DNA from: Pseudobacteriovorax sp.
GTDB taxonomy: Bacteria > Bdellovibrionota_B > Oligoflexia > Oligoflexales > Oligoflexaceae
NCBI GenBank assembly: GCA_050293845.1
Contig: JBNKNM010000113.1
Coordinates: forward strand, 1 to 11,085
DNA: 11,085 bases
Direction: 5' to 3'
The notes below the pieces were generated by a model. It saw only the letters and a list, made by a program, of their open reading frames with translations. It made no database searches and had not been told where the DNA came from. Position numbers and translations under genes: made by a program. This document shows, one piece after another, positions 1-8,275 of this stretch (positions are counted from its first letter, which is position 1; each line of letters starts with the position of its first letter).

Positions 1-900
1 ACCATCAAAGAGGCCAAATTATTGGTATCTGAACGAGGCGACAACTTACATTGGATTGAATTTGAAAACGGTTATCGATATTCACTTCACCAAAGTAGTT
101 ATGGTGGAACCTCTCAACAATGGCTTTTGGTGTTTTCTCAACAAGCCTATGAAAGAGAAAAATCAAGTTTTGAAAACCTATTGATCAAACAAGATGAAAA
201 GGTTTCTAAAGAGGTCTGGCATCTATGCAATCAAATATATGGATGTGAATATGATGCTAGAGAAGCCTTGCAAAAAGTTATGAAAAAGTATCGTAATCAC
301 ACGATAGAGCATTTCGAGATGAGTCCCATAGAGAAGTATCAGAATAAGGGACGGCCGAAAACTGGGACCACTAAGCAGCTGGTAGGATATCAAATCAAAG
401 CAACAGTAGTACGATCTCACCGTGAAGTTGAGGCTACTCTAGCTACTAAAGGCCGTTTTATACTAGCAACAAACAAAACGGATAACATAAACTGCGATGA
501 AATTTTAAGATCCTATAAGAATCAGATAAACGTCGAGCAGGGATTCCGCTTCTTAAAAGACCCCTGGTTTATGGCCGATACATTTTTCCTAAAATCACAG
601 CAGAGAATAGAAGCGTTAATGGTGATCATGACCCTATGCCTAATGATTTATAACGTGGCACAATATCGTATGAGAAAAGCCCTGGCTGAAAATAATGAAA
701 CTTTGCCGAATCAATTAGGTAAAGCAACGCCATCACCAACTCTGCGATGGATCTTTCAAATGATGGAGGGCGTCATTATAGTGATTGAAAATGGTCTAAA
801 CGACGTTGAAAAGGCCCGTATTTTCAACCTGAACGACTTGAGGCTCAAGATTATCAAACTATTTGGACCAAATGCCTGCGAAATTTATGGAACATCTTAA
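1..900 (+). CDS. IS1634-family DDE transposase, C-terminal part (5' end lies upstream of the window)
   Basis: Frame is open from base 1 (ACC ATC AAA GAG GCC...), so the TTG at 22 is probably not the real start. Motifs typical of IS1634 transposases: KGRPK, GRFILATN, YKNQINVEQGFRFLKDP (YREK-like motif with the catalytic Glu), FLKSQQRIEALMVIMTLCLMIY, PNQLGK...PTLRWIFQ. Confidence 0.93.
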   Translation, partial: TIKEAKLLVSERGDNLHWIEFENGYRYSLHQSSYGGTSQQWLLVFSQQAYEREKSSFENLLIKQDEKVSKEVWHLCNQIYGCEYDAREALQKVMKKYRNHTIEHFEMSPIEKYQNKGRPKTGTTKQLVGYQIKATVVRSHREVEATLATKGRFILATNKTDNINCDEILRSYKNQINVEQGFRFLKDPWFMADTFFLKSQQRIEALMVIMTLCLMIYNVAQYRMRKALAENNETLPNQLGKATPSPTLRWIFQMMEGVIIVIENGLNDVEKARIFNLNDLRLKIIKLFGPNACEIYGTS

Positions 901-919
901 ATTTTCGCGGGAATGTGAG
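1..919 (+). mobile_element. IS1634-family insertion sequence, right portion; putative right terminal inverted repeat at about 901-919
   Basis: Transposase stop at 900 is followed by ATTTTCGCGGGAATGTGAG. This resembles the ...GGAATGTG(A/G)G right ends I recall for this family. The left end and target duplication cannot be seen in the window. Confidence 0.75.
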
Positions 920-961
920 TTGATAGCAAAAAAGTAACAGATTTTTTAGATTTCATAGGGA

Positions 962-1714
962 TTACCTTGGTAAAGAATCTACAAATGTATTTGATAGTTT
1001 TGACACTAAGCTTTTTCTTGAAGGATATTCAGGATAAGTTTGACTTGGCTGAAGCGCGATATCTATAAGCATCTCAACGAGAGTATTGGCTTTTCTGTGA
1101 TCGTCAGTATAGCGATTGGTATAAGACAGGACCTCGCTCTTTACACCAGTCCAAGCTAATTCACGATTCAAAGCATCATAGACGAAGAATCTCATTCTGA
1201 CTAATCGCTTTGCCGTTAGTTGGGTGCTTGTTATTTTATTCTTGACCTCAACTTCCTTTTCCCTTGAAGTAGTATTACCTTCCAAAACAGCAATTATAAA
1301 CCAAGGATCAGTAGGCCCTAACTTAGACATAAGATCATACCCTTCATCAGACATTTCCTCATGGGGAGCAAAATCGTCTAAAATTTTCCTGATTCCTGAT
1401 TGGGCTACCGAGGTGTTTCCCTGCCAAGATAGCCCTTTGATAAGCCGTAAATCTGGCCTCACTTCCTGTAAAGTTTCCTCAATGATCACTTTGCACTCTG
1501 TGCAAGGTGGAGCTATCTCTCGGCTGTTATTATCGGACTCATGTGCTTTATCGATCACACCTGCCACAATAATTGGACGACTGTGTAGAGCTTTGGAAGT
1601 AATAAGATTACTCATACCAAATTCTTGAAATGCCGGTCGAAAGCTTGCTTTAGAGTGTATACAACCAGCTAGAAATACAAAGAAAAACCAGCAAACAGAC
1701 TTCATCATCATCAC
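962..1714 (-). CDS. Lipoprotein of unknown function (possible LpoB/CsgG/DUF4136-like alpha/beta fold)
   Basis: 250-aa ORF with a signal peptide II and lipobox (KSVCWFFFVFLAG-C). The segment RMRFFVYDALNRELAWTG resembles the 'D..tgelvWtG' strand pair of LpoB/CsgG/DUF4136-type proteins. The start is ambiguous (AAAAGG GTG ATG ATG ATG); RBS spacing favours ATG at 1708 or 1705. Confidence 0.8.
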   Translation of the reverse strand: MMMMKSVCWFFFVFLAGCIHSKASFRPAFQEFGMSNLITSKALHSRPIIVAGVIDKAHESDNNSREIAPPCTECKVIIEETLQEVRPDLRLIKGLSWQGNTSVAQSGIRKILDDFAPHEEMSDEGYDLMSKLGPTDPWFIIAVLEGNTTSREKEVEVKNKITSTQLTAKRLVRMRFFVYDALNRELAWTGVKSEVLSYTNRYTDDHRKANTLVEMLIDIALQPSQTYPEYPSRKSLVSKLSNTFVDSLPR

Positions 1715-2160
1715 CCTTTTTAATCATTGCGACTAGAGATGTTTGTCCTTGCAAATTTTAAACCAAACCCCTTTTTATCTATTTGGGAACGTAGCCCTTA
1801 AATACGCAACGAAAATCAAGGGATTAGCGATAAAGCCACTGGAATATGCCGCATCACAAGCCCTCACATTCGCAAAATATAAGCTAAGCTTTATTAAGTT
1901 CTGCGCTGAAAATTATTAAACAAGCGGCGGTCGCCTTGGAAGATGTCGTCCCAAGAGTGACCCCGATCATATTTATTTTCGAGTAGGATATGATGTATAG
2001 TCATATCGAAAACTTAGCTGATCTCATACTAAAGAGCGTCGCCAGATAACTTTCTCCTGATAATAGATAGTTAGCTCAGTTGGACTTTTTTTTCCGTGAC
2101 TTTTGCAGAAAAATGACTTAACTACCATTTGGTATATCTTTTAGACTTATATGAAAATTA

Positions 2161-2166
2161 TATAAT
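2161..2166 (+). promoter_or_regulatory. Possible sigma70 -10 box for the WD40 lipoprotein gene
   Basis: Perfect TATAAT 15 nt before the ATG at 2182. No convincing -35 box at 17 bp spacing, and the context is AT-rich. Confidence 0.35.
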
Positions 2167-2181
2167 ACTCAGAGTGCATTT

Positions 2182-5100
2182 ATGTCTCAAAACTCCTTAC
2201 TGAATCTTCAGCTTTACCGTCTTCTCTTTATTTACTTCACTGCTATATCCTGCGGGCAAATTTCGAATTTTTACAGCCCAACTGTCTTAAACTGTGGCTC
2301 CCTTCCAAGCGATGGAAAATACACTAAAGTTCTTGGCCTCAGTGGAAATGAGCTTAATAGCAAACAACTAGAAGTTTTTCGTTTAGGTACGGATGGACAA
2401 CTCATTCAGCATGACTTGACTGAAAGAGGGTGCTTTGCTGTGACTCCAAATTCAGACTTCGTATTAAGAAGCCAATCAGAAGGAGCTGCCTTAGTGACTT
2501 CAAGTGAGCAAATGGAAGGAGTCCGAGAAGTTAAGCTAGAAAAGCTTTCTGAGACAAAACTAGATTTTGACTGTGAATCCCCCTTTGTCACCCATAAGTT
2601 GAACTTGGCAGATTGGGTGACTCTAACCTCGAATCAATTATCTCTTTACCATTTGAGCTGGCAATTTTTCACAGAGGGAGGAATGGTTAATGAAAATAGT
2701 AGCCTACTCAACCCACAAAATTTGGTCGGGCAAAGGTGGCCCATCCCGGATTCTTTACCAGATGGAACATACACCATCAAAATAGCCGCCAAGAACCTAC
2801 TAAGAAACATTGATCCAGAAACTACCAGTTGCTCAATTGTACTCGACAACCAGCTTCCCACAGTGGACATCAACATCGAGGCTCCATCAAATGGAGAGTT
2901 ATCCAGCTTTAATATGTATGAGCCTGGTAGTCGTATCAATATATTGGGACAGGATAGCTCTGATACAAAAATTGAGTACTGCTGGATTGAGGTCAGCGAG
3001 AATGAAATCGAAACCTTAGATCCAGAGCAAAGGGAATGTGAACTTACAACTAAGGAATCGGCTATAGAAGTTCCTAACAGTGGATTTTGGCTTTTGAGGT
3101 ATCGTGCTGTCGATGCTGCCGGGAACCCGTCTGAAACTCAAGAGCAAAAGATTTTTTCCTACAATAAGCTATTGATCGATCAGATCAAGCTGCTTAGTGA
3201 AAATGTTCGCTATAATATCGATCTGCTCATTGATCCGCTAAAAGGGGCTCATAACGCCCTTTATACAGAGACTCTCCGAAGGTCACTACCTACAGAATTC
3301 GAAAGAAATGCGGCCCTCCCTTTTGCAAGACAGGCTGTATTCAACTTACTACACAAAAACATTCCTTATAAAACAATCGAACTTGAAGACAATGCCGTTA
3401 CCATAAATGTTCACCCCGACGATAATAGCTTCATTGTGGGTACCGATAACTTGGGTTTGATATATAGCTTCGATGCAGATGGCAACTTGCGCTGGAAGCA
3501 AAATTTAAATGATATTCCCGATGAAGAAGCCTTTAGTAATGACGGTAAGCTAGTTGCTCTGTCAGGCAATCAAAACAAGATTAGAATCTTCAATTACGAG
3601 GATGGAGAAATAGTTCGTGATATCGATCAAGGTACAGCGACCGAAACCATAGAGTTTAACTCTCAAGATAATAGGATTTTGACGGTAGGTTTTAACGGTC
3701 TTGCATACCTCTACGACTTAAATTCGGACGCTCCTATAAGCACTTTGGTCACTGAAAATAAGATACTAAGGTCCGGTAGTTGGCACCCAGATGGACAAAG
3801 CTTCGTCGTATCAGATCCGCGTTATATCTATAAATATGATTTTAACGGAACTCCTCTCCCTTGGGGTGATGGTCAATCTGAAGTGTTCGATTTTGTTGCT
3901 TTTGCCGGAGATTCGCAAGTAATAAATTCTGTTTATCTTAATTCAGGTGCTCTACTTGTAAGTTTCACCTACAATGATTCTGGTATTGATGGCATTGCAA
4001 CTGGTGTTGTTTTGCTTAATGAGCAACTCCAGGTGATAAGCGTTGCTGCAACTCCAGGAAATCAGCGACGTTTAAAGCTAAGCCCTGATAAAAAATCCGT
4101 TGTTTGTTATGGCAACCTATTCAATGGCGCGATAGTCTATAGCAATCTAGATCGAGTTGTTAGAGGGCAAACTAGACTTACCGATGTCAAAGTACGGATC
4201 GCTTCGATCTCAGAACCACTCTCAAAGGTATGGTGGAGTCAAGACAGTAAGCAGATCTCAGCCAGAATCTCTCCAAAGCAAGGAGTTTATGTAATCAATA
4301 AAAATGGAGGTGTGGTTCAAAACTTTGAAAACCTCCCTAATCCCGGTGGGCGCATTGGAATTTTGAAGTCTCACAACTACTCGGTGACGGCAAATCTTAA
4401 GAAAAAGCTTCAGTTCTGGGAAATTGAGCACAGCCCATTTCGATCCAAGGTTTTTGATGGATACATTCGTAGAATGGATCAAAATCCCGATCGATCAAGG
4501 ACTGTGGTTCTTGAAACTGATGTGTTTTCCAGAGGGCTAAAGGTCAAAGTCCTTGACCAAGACTTTAACACAATTGAATCTTGGCCTCACCCAGGTCCAC
4601 TCTTAACAGAATTACCTTTTGTTGGTCAACCTTTCCTTCTTCTTCCAACCTACTTTTCCAATGGCTTTTCCAAGAACCAAGAATTGGTATTAGGTGATCT
4701 CGATGGTAAAGTCTTCCTAAAAGACCTTCAAGGGGCTAATGTCCAGGAAACGATTCAATTTGAATTCTCGAGAGGTACCCAGATTACCCTACCGAACTCA
4801 GAAACTAGAATAATAAGGATGGCAGCCTTTGCGGCAGACGACAGGTTCGTTGCAGCTGGAGGGATGGCTGGAACAGTGGCATTCTATGAACGAGCAACAG
4901 GACAGTTTCAATATTTTGCTGAAGCACATGAGCCAACTGAACTTACGCAGGTTCTAGATTGGAGCAATCAATACGTCAATAAAATAATTTCCCTTGGGAA
5001 TGGAAGATTTTACTCATTGGGTATTGATGGTCGGATCATTGAGTGGGATGCTAAAACGGGGTCAAGTCGTCTAGTGTTTGACAAAAACAGGAGCATATAC

Positions 5101-5538
5101 TATTTTGTACCTTTCAGTGAAGATGAAATATTGGTATCAGGCAACCCGACAGCGGACTTAGAAGTCTTCGATGAAGGCAATTTTAAGTTTAAGCTTTCCA
5201 CTACACCTGATGAAGTGCTAAACCCCGTTGTGTCCCAAATTCAGGGCTTAGTCAATGGTGTATCAACCCAGGGAAGTGCTGCAAGCTATCTTTGGACCAT
5301 CGATGGGGAGTTATTAGCCGAGGTTGATAATCTCATGCCCATAGACAAAATCCTTCTTTACAGTGTGCCCACAGAAGGTGGATTTCTAAATGGAGGGCAC
5401 AATCGGATTATTGAAATTCCTGCAGACTATTCACTTATCTATGATAAGTATTGTAACCTGCTTCAACCAGCTTTCAGGGAATCCAAGGATTTTGGGATTT
5501 CGACGGTCTGCTCTGACTTATACCTCCAAGGGGACTAG
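2182..5538 (+). CDS. Large predicted lipoprotein: Ig-like domains + helical linker + WD40/beta-propeller repeats
   Basis: 1118 aa. Lipobox-like LFIYFTAIS-C24. Ig-like signatures LPDGTYTIKIAAKN...IVLDNQLPTV and GFWLLRYRAVDAAGNPSE. About 690 aa of degenerate WD40 blades (FSNDGKLVALSGNQNKIRIFN, FNSQDNRILTVGFNGLAYLYD, WHPDGQSFVVS, FAADDRFVAAGGMAGTVAFYE, FYSLGIDGRIIEWD). Confidence 0.88.
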   Translation: MSQNSLLNLQLYRLLFIYFTAISCGQISNFYSPTVLNCGSLPSDGKYTKVLGLSGNELNSKQLEVFRLGTDGQLIQHDLTERGCFAVTPNSDFVLRSQSEGAALVTSSEQMEGVREVKLEKLSETKLDFDCESPFVTHKLNLADWVTLTSNQLSLYHLSWQFFTEGGMVNENSSLLNPQNLVGQRWPIPDSLPDGTYTIKIAAKNLLRNIDPETTSCSIVLDNQLPTVDINIEAPSNGELSSFNMYEPGSRINILGQDSSDTKIEYCWIEVSENEIETLDPEQRECELTTKESAIEVPNSGFWLLRYRAVDAAGNPSETQEQKIFSYNKLLIDQIKLLSENVRYNIDLLIDPLKGAHNALYTETLRRSLPTEFERNAALPFARQAVFNLLHKNIPYKTIELEDNAVTINVHPDDNSFIVGTDNLGLIYSFDADGNLRWKQNLNDIPDEEAFSNDGKLVALSGNQNKIRIFNYEDGEIVRDIDQGTATETIEFNSQDNRILTVGFNGLAYLYDLNSDAPISTLVTENKILRSGSWHPDGQSFVVSDPRYIYKYDFNGTPLPWGDGQSEVFDFVAFAGDSQVINSVYLNSGALLVSFTYNDSGIDGIATGVVLLNEQLQVISVAATPGNQRRLKLSPDKKSVVCYGNLFNGAIVYSNLDRVVRGQTRLTDVKVRIASISEPLSKVWWSQDSKQISARISPKQGVYVINKNGGVVQNFENLPNPGGRIGILKSHNYSVTANLKKKLQFWEIEHSPFRSKVFDGYIRRMDQNPDRSRTVVLETDVFSRGLKVKVLDQDFNTIESWPHPGPLLTELPFVGQPFLLLPTYFSNGFSKNQELVLGDLDGKVFLKDLQGANVQETIQFEFSRGTQITLPNSETRIIRMAAFAADDRFVAAGGMAGTVAFYERATGQFQYFAEAHEPTELTQVLDWSNQYVNKIISLGNGRFYSLGIDGRIIEWDAKTGSSRLVFDKNRSIYYFVPFSEDEILVSGNPTADLEVFDEGNFKFKLSTTPDEVLNPVVSQIQGLVNGVSTQGSAASYLWTIDGELLAEVDNLMPIDKILLYSVPTEGGFLNGGHNRIIEIPADYSLIYDKYCNLLQPAFRESKDFGISTVCSDLYLQGD

Positions 5539-5598
5539 TTAATCCTGGCCGTGAAAAGTCGCACTTACACTCCGTTGCTTCGACAAAATTCAAGCTCA

Positions 5599-5814
5599 TT
5601 AACGAGGGTTCACTGCGTTGATTTTTGCCTTGGGTCTTGTTGAAGTAGATTTTCGATAAAGAATTCTCAGATTGAGTTTTTCCAATTTAGGGTCCTGATG
5701 TCCGTCAATTTTAGGTAGATTTAGATCTAGTAAAATTAAATCTGGTATTCGGGCCAGATGTTGTACTGCCGGATTGTCTTCAACCAATAAAGCCACTACG
5801 CCTTTTTCTGTCAT
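5599..5814 (-). pseudogene. Internally deleted Rcp1-type single-domain response regulator
   Basis: LLVEDNPA (beta1 acidic pocket) is only about 8 residues from PDLILLDLNLPKIDGH (phospho-Asp region), where intact receivers have roughly 40. GH joins directly to QDPKL (the EVL..IK segment is missing), and the beta4 Thr/Ser and KP motifs are absent from this frame. Confidence 0.85.
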
Positions 5815-6003
5815 TTAATTCTCAAAATACTTTGGCAGTTTGATAAAAAATGTCGACCCTTGCCCCGGAACTGATTCTACTCAAATCTCCGTGAAGTCTT
5901 TTAAATGGAAGGAATATCTGTTCAAGATAGTCTTTTTTCATCCCAATTCGGTTGCTCCTTATCATTAGCCATAGACCAGAAGTTTTGAAAATACCAATTC
6001 TGA
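5815..6003 (-). pseudogene. Remnant of a sensor histidine kinase HATPase_c domain (not in the ORF track)
   Basis: Minus strand reads NRIGMKKDYLEQIFLPFKRLHG from 5953 (degenerate G1 box + F box). After a frameshift it reads EI*VESVPGQGSTFFIKLPKYFEN* (5889-5815; TGA at 5883-5881 replaces the usual Trp). Its TAA directly abuts the regulator ATG. ELVFSKLLVYG near 6000-5968 may be a decayed N box (less certain). Confidence 0.88.
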
Positions 6004-6093
6004 GAAAAAAATGTAAACAATTTGAAAATTCGGTATTATAAGTTATTCATTGTAATTGAATTAGCCGACGGCGAATTTTTAAAAGAAAATATT

Positions 6094-6099
6094 AGGAGA
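6094..6099 (+). promoter_or_regulatory. Ribosome binding site of the rhodanese gene
   Basis: AGGAGA 5 nt upstream of the ATG at 6105. Confidence 0.8.
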
Positions 6100-6104
6100 T
6101 TGAT

Positions 6105-6470
6105 ATGCGATCGATATTGTTTGTATCTATTTTTTTAAGTTCTTTACAGCTTTTTGCCGGTTCCTTGCCGGATCGTGATCCAGCTCTCGCAAAAAAGTTA
6201 GTGACGGAGGAAAATGGATTATTGCTTGATGTCAGAAGTGACAAGGAATTCAAGCAAGGAAGCATTCTAGGTGCTAAGCATATTCCGGTTCAATCCCTAT
6301 CCGATCGACTTTCTGACATCGAAAAAATGACAAAGGGCAATAAAAATAAGCCTATTGTTGTTTTCTGCGCTGTCGGTGGAAGAGCAGCCAAGGCTAAGAT
6401 TATTTTAGAAAAAGCTGGATATACTCGCGTCACTAACATGGGTGGTGTTAGTGACTGGCCTCAAAAATAG
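6105..6470 (+). CDS. Secreted/periplasmic single-domain rhodanese (PspE/GlpE-like sulfurtransferase)
   Basis: LLLDVRSDKEF..GSILGAKHIP, active-site loop IVVFCAVGGRA, and C-terminal GYTRVTNMGGVSDW. N-terminal signal peptide MRSILFVSIFLSSLQLFA. Confidence 0.93.
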   Translation: MRSILFVSIFLSSLQLFAGSLPDRDPALAKKLVTEENGLLLDVRSDKEFKQGSILGAKHIPVQSLSDRLSDIEKMTKGNKNKPIVVFCAVGGRAAKAKIILEKAGYTRVTNMGGVSDWPQK

Positions 6471-6480
6471 TAGCCTTGGG

Positions 6481-8232
6481 TTAATTCATCCTTCCCTTGG
6501 CGATATGATCATCGATCATATCTTTCAATTCGACTAGTTCTTTATGCTCTGCTGATATATTGACCTGCTTCCGATAGGTGGTTAAAACTTGATCCATCTC
6601 CTTGAGGCGTCCGAGTATCCCCAGTGCTAATGCATAGTGATAATAGCTATTATTGTTTGTCGTATTATACTTACGAAACTCTTTCCAAGCTTCAATGGAT
6701 TTTTTCGCCCAGCGCCTTGCAAGTGCAATGCGATCGAATCCCATCAGTTGATGGGCATACCATGCTCCACCAACCAGCATTGAGTAGTAACCCTTACGTC
6801 CCGCGGCGACTTCGCTTTCCCCTAAGCGAAATTGTCGTAGGTGCTGAGCGGTTTGCCAAAAGTACTCATTTTTTAGATGCGCTATTGAATCTGGTGTCTG
6901 TCCCTCGGTCTGTTCGATCAGTTTCTCCATGATTTTAACCGAAATCAATTGAACCTCACCTCTAAGCTTTTCAGAAAATTCTACAGCAGCATCCCCAAGA
7001 AGCATGGCATAAAACGATTGCAGCCTAAAACTTGTCGGATACTTTTTAAACAGTCTGCTTGCCTTCTTGGCTGCAATCCGATAGTGATTGGATCGGTTTG
7101 CATCTTTCCAGATCAACTTCAACTCGTTTAGAACTTTTTCGCTCTCGCCCTCAGGTAAAGGCTTTGCCGGCAAAAGTGAGCCTGTTTTCACAATCCATTG
7201 CGGCAATTTCTCTTCTTTAGAAACGGTGGTAGGAGGGGCTTGAGACTTAGATTGCATATCTAGCCACAGCCGAATGTCAGCATAGGCTTGATCAGACACT
7301 CTCTTTAACTCATGCCCCTCTCCTTTGTAATAAATCACCTTAAACCGGGGATTGATCGGTGCTAAGACCAGTTCAAGTTTTTTGGCATGCAAAACATCAA
7401 CGCGCCAATCTTTGGTGCCCTGAAGCGATAACAGAGGAATATCTTTTAGCTTTTCTGGCCAAAAAAAAGATGATCGTTCACGATAGGCTTGGTAGCGTTG
7501 ATTCTCGAAGCCAGGCACCAACTGGGCTGCTACTAACTTTTCAAGGTCGGGTCGGGTTTTTGCGCTTAAAAACAAATCAGTAGGTCCGGCTATGGTAACA
7601 GCGGCATTCACCTTGCTTCCTTGTTTTATCGCGAGCCAAGTACTCATAGCCCCCCGAGACCAACCGACCATATACAATTTTGATTTCTCAACCAACCCCG
7701 ATCGGCTTGCAATTCTTTCCAATGTGAGAATATCATTGATCTCAGCACCTCCCCATTCCTCTTGACCTTCACCTCCTGCCACACCTCTCAACTGGGGAAT
7801 AAAGACAAGATAGCCGTGGTTTGCAAACATATCCGCGAGCTTTTTTTTCTTGCAAACTGTAAAGGAACCAAATTCCCGATGGCCTCCTCGGTTATAAATC
7901 ACCGTTGGATAATTTTTTGCCGCATCAAAGTTTTCTGGAGTGAGTAAAACGCCCTTAACTATCAATCCATCGCTTTTGTAGTGGAGACTATAGAGTTTCC
8001 CTGGAACTTGTTTGTAGTCCGACAAACATTTCTCATAGTAAGCTTTTCCTCCAAGACCCAAAGAATCAAATCCCCAACCGTGATGATAAGGTCGCGGTTC
8101 AAGTGGGAGAACCTTTAAAAACGAAGCATCATTTGCCAAATGTTTGCCAAGCTGCTGTGTACTATTTGATCCCATCAACGAAGAAGGAAAGTACAGTATC
8201 GACAACGTTAAATAAAGCAAGAAAACATTCAT
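6481..8232 (-). CDS. Secreted S9 (prolyl oligopeptidase family) alpha/beta serine hydrolase with a C-terminal helical/TPR-like domain
   Basis: Signal peptide; YKSDGLIVKG, PTVIYNRGG, PQLRG..GGEGQEEWGGAEIND. Catalytic triad motifs GWSRG (Ser), GTKDWRV (Asp), GEGHEL (His). After a low-complexity linker (QSKSQAPPTTVSKEEK) come about 240 aa of helical sequence including SYYHYALALGILGR. Confidence 0.9.
   Translation of the reverse strand: MNVFLLYLTLSILYFPSSLMGSNSTQQLGKHLANDASFLKVLPLEPRPYHHGWGFDSLGLGGKAYYEKCLSDYKQVPGKLYSLHYKSDGLIVKGVLLTPENFDAAKNYPTVIYNRGGHREFGSFTVCKKKKLADMFANHGYLVFIPQLRGVAGGEGQEEWGGAEINDILTLERIASRSGLVEKSKLYMVGWSRGAMSTWLAIKQGSKVNAAVTIAGPTDLFLSAKTRPDLEKLVAAQLVPGFENQRYQAYRERSSFFWPEKLKDIPLLSLQGTKDWRVDVLHAKKLELVLAPINPRFKVIYYKGEGHELKRVSDQAYADIRLWLDMQSKSQAPPTTVSKEEKLPQWIVKTGSLLPAKPLPEGESEKVLNELKLIWKDANRSNHYRIAAKKASRLFKKYPTSFRLQSFYAMLLGDAAVEFSEKLRGEVQLISVKIMEKLIEQTEGQTPDSIAHLKNEYFWQTAQHLRQFRLGESEVAAGRKGYYSMLVGGAWYAHQLMGFDRIALARRWAKKSIEAWKEFRKYNTTNNNSYYHYALALGILGRLKEMDQVLTTYRKQVNISAEHKELVELKDMIDDHIAKGRMN
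6502..6522 (+). terminator. Possible terminator hairpin for the rhodanese transcript, embedded in the 3' end of the convergent gene
   Basis: Perfect inverted repeat GATATGATC-ATC-GATCATATC followed by TTTCAATT, 31 nt after the rhodanese stop. The stem is AT-rich and the U-tract is weak. Confidence 0.3.
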
Positions 8233-8275
8233 TTTTATCTCATATTTTCAGATAGATAAATAAGAAATACAAAGC

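Noticed and set aside
2029..2080. Resemblance to the SAH riboswitch (GAGCGTCGCCA...GCTCAG)
   Set aside because: P1 pairing is poor, the conserved CAGGCUC element is incomplete, and the downstream gene is not ahcY/metH/metF.
5599..5814. Functional 71-aa mini response regulator
   Set aside because: Lacks much of the receiver fold and the Thr/Ser and Lys catalytic motifs, and its partner kinase is also destroyed.
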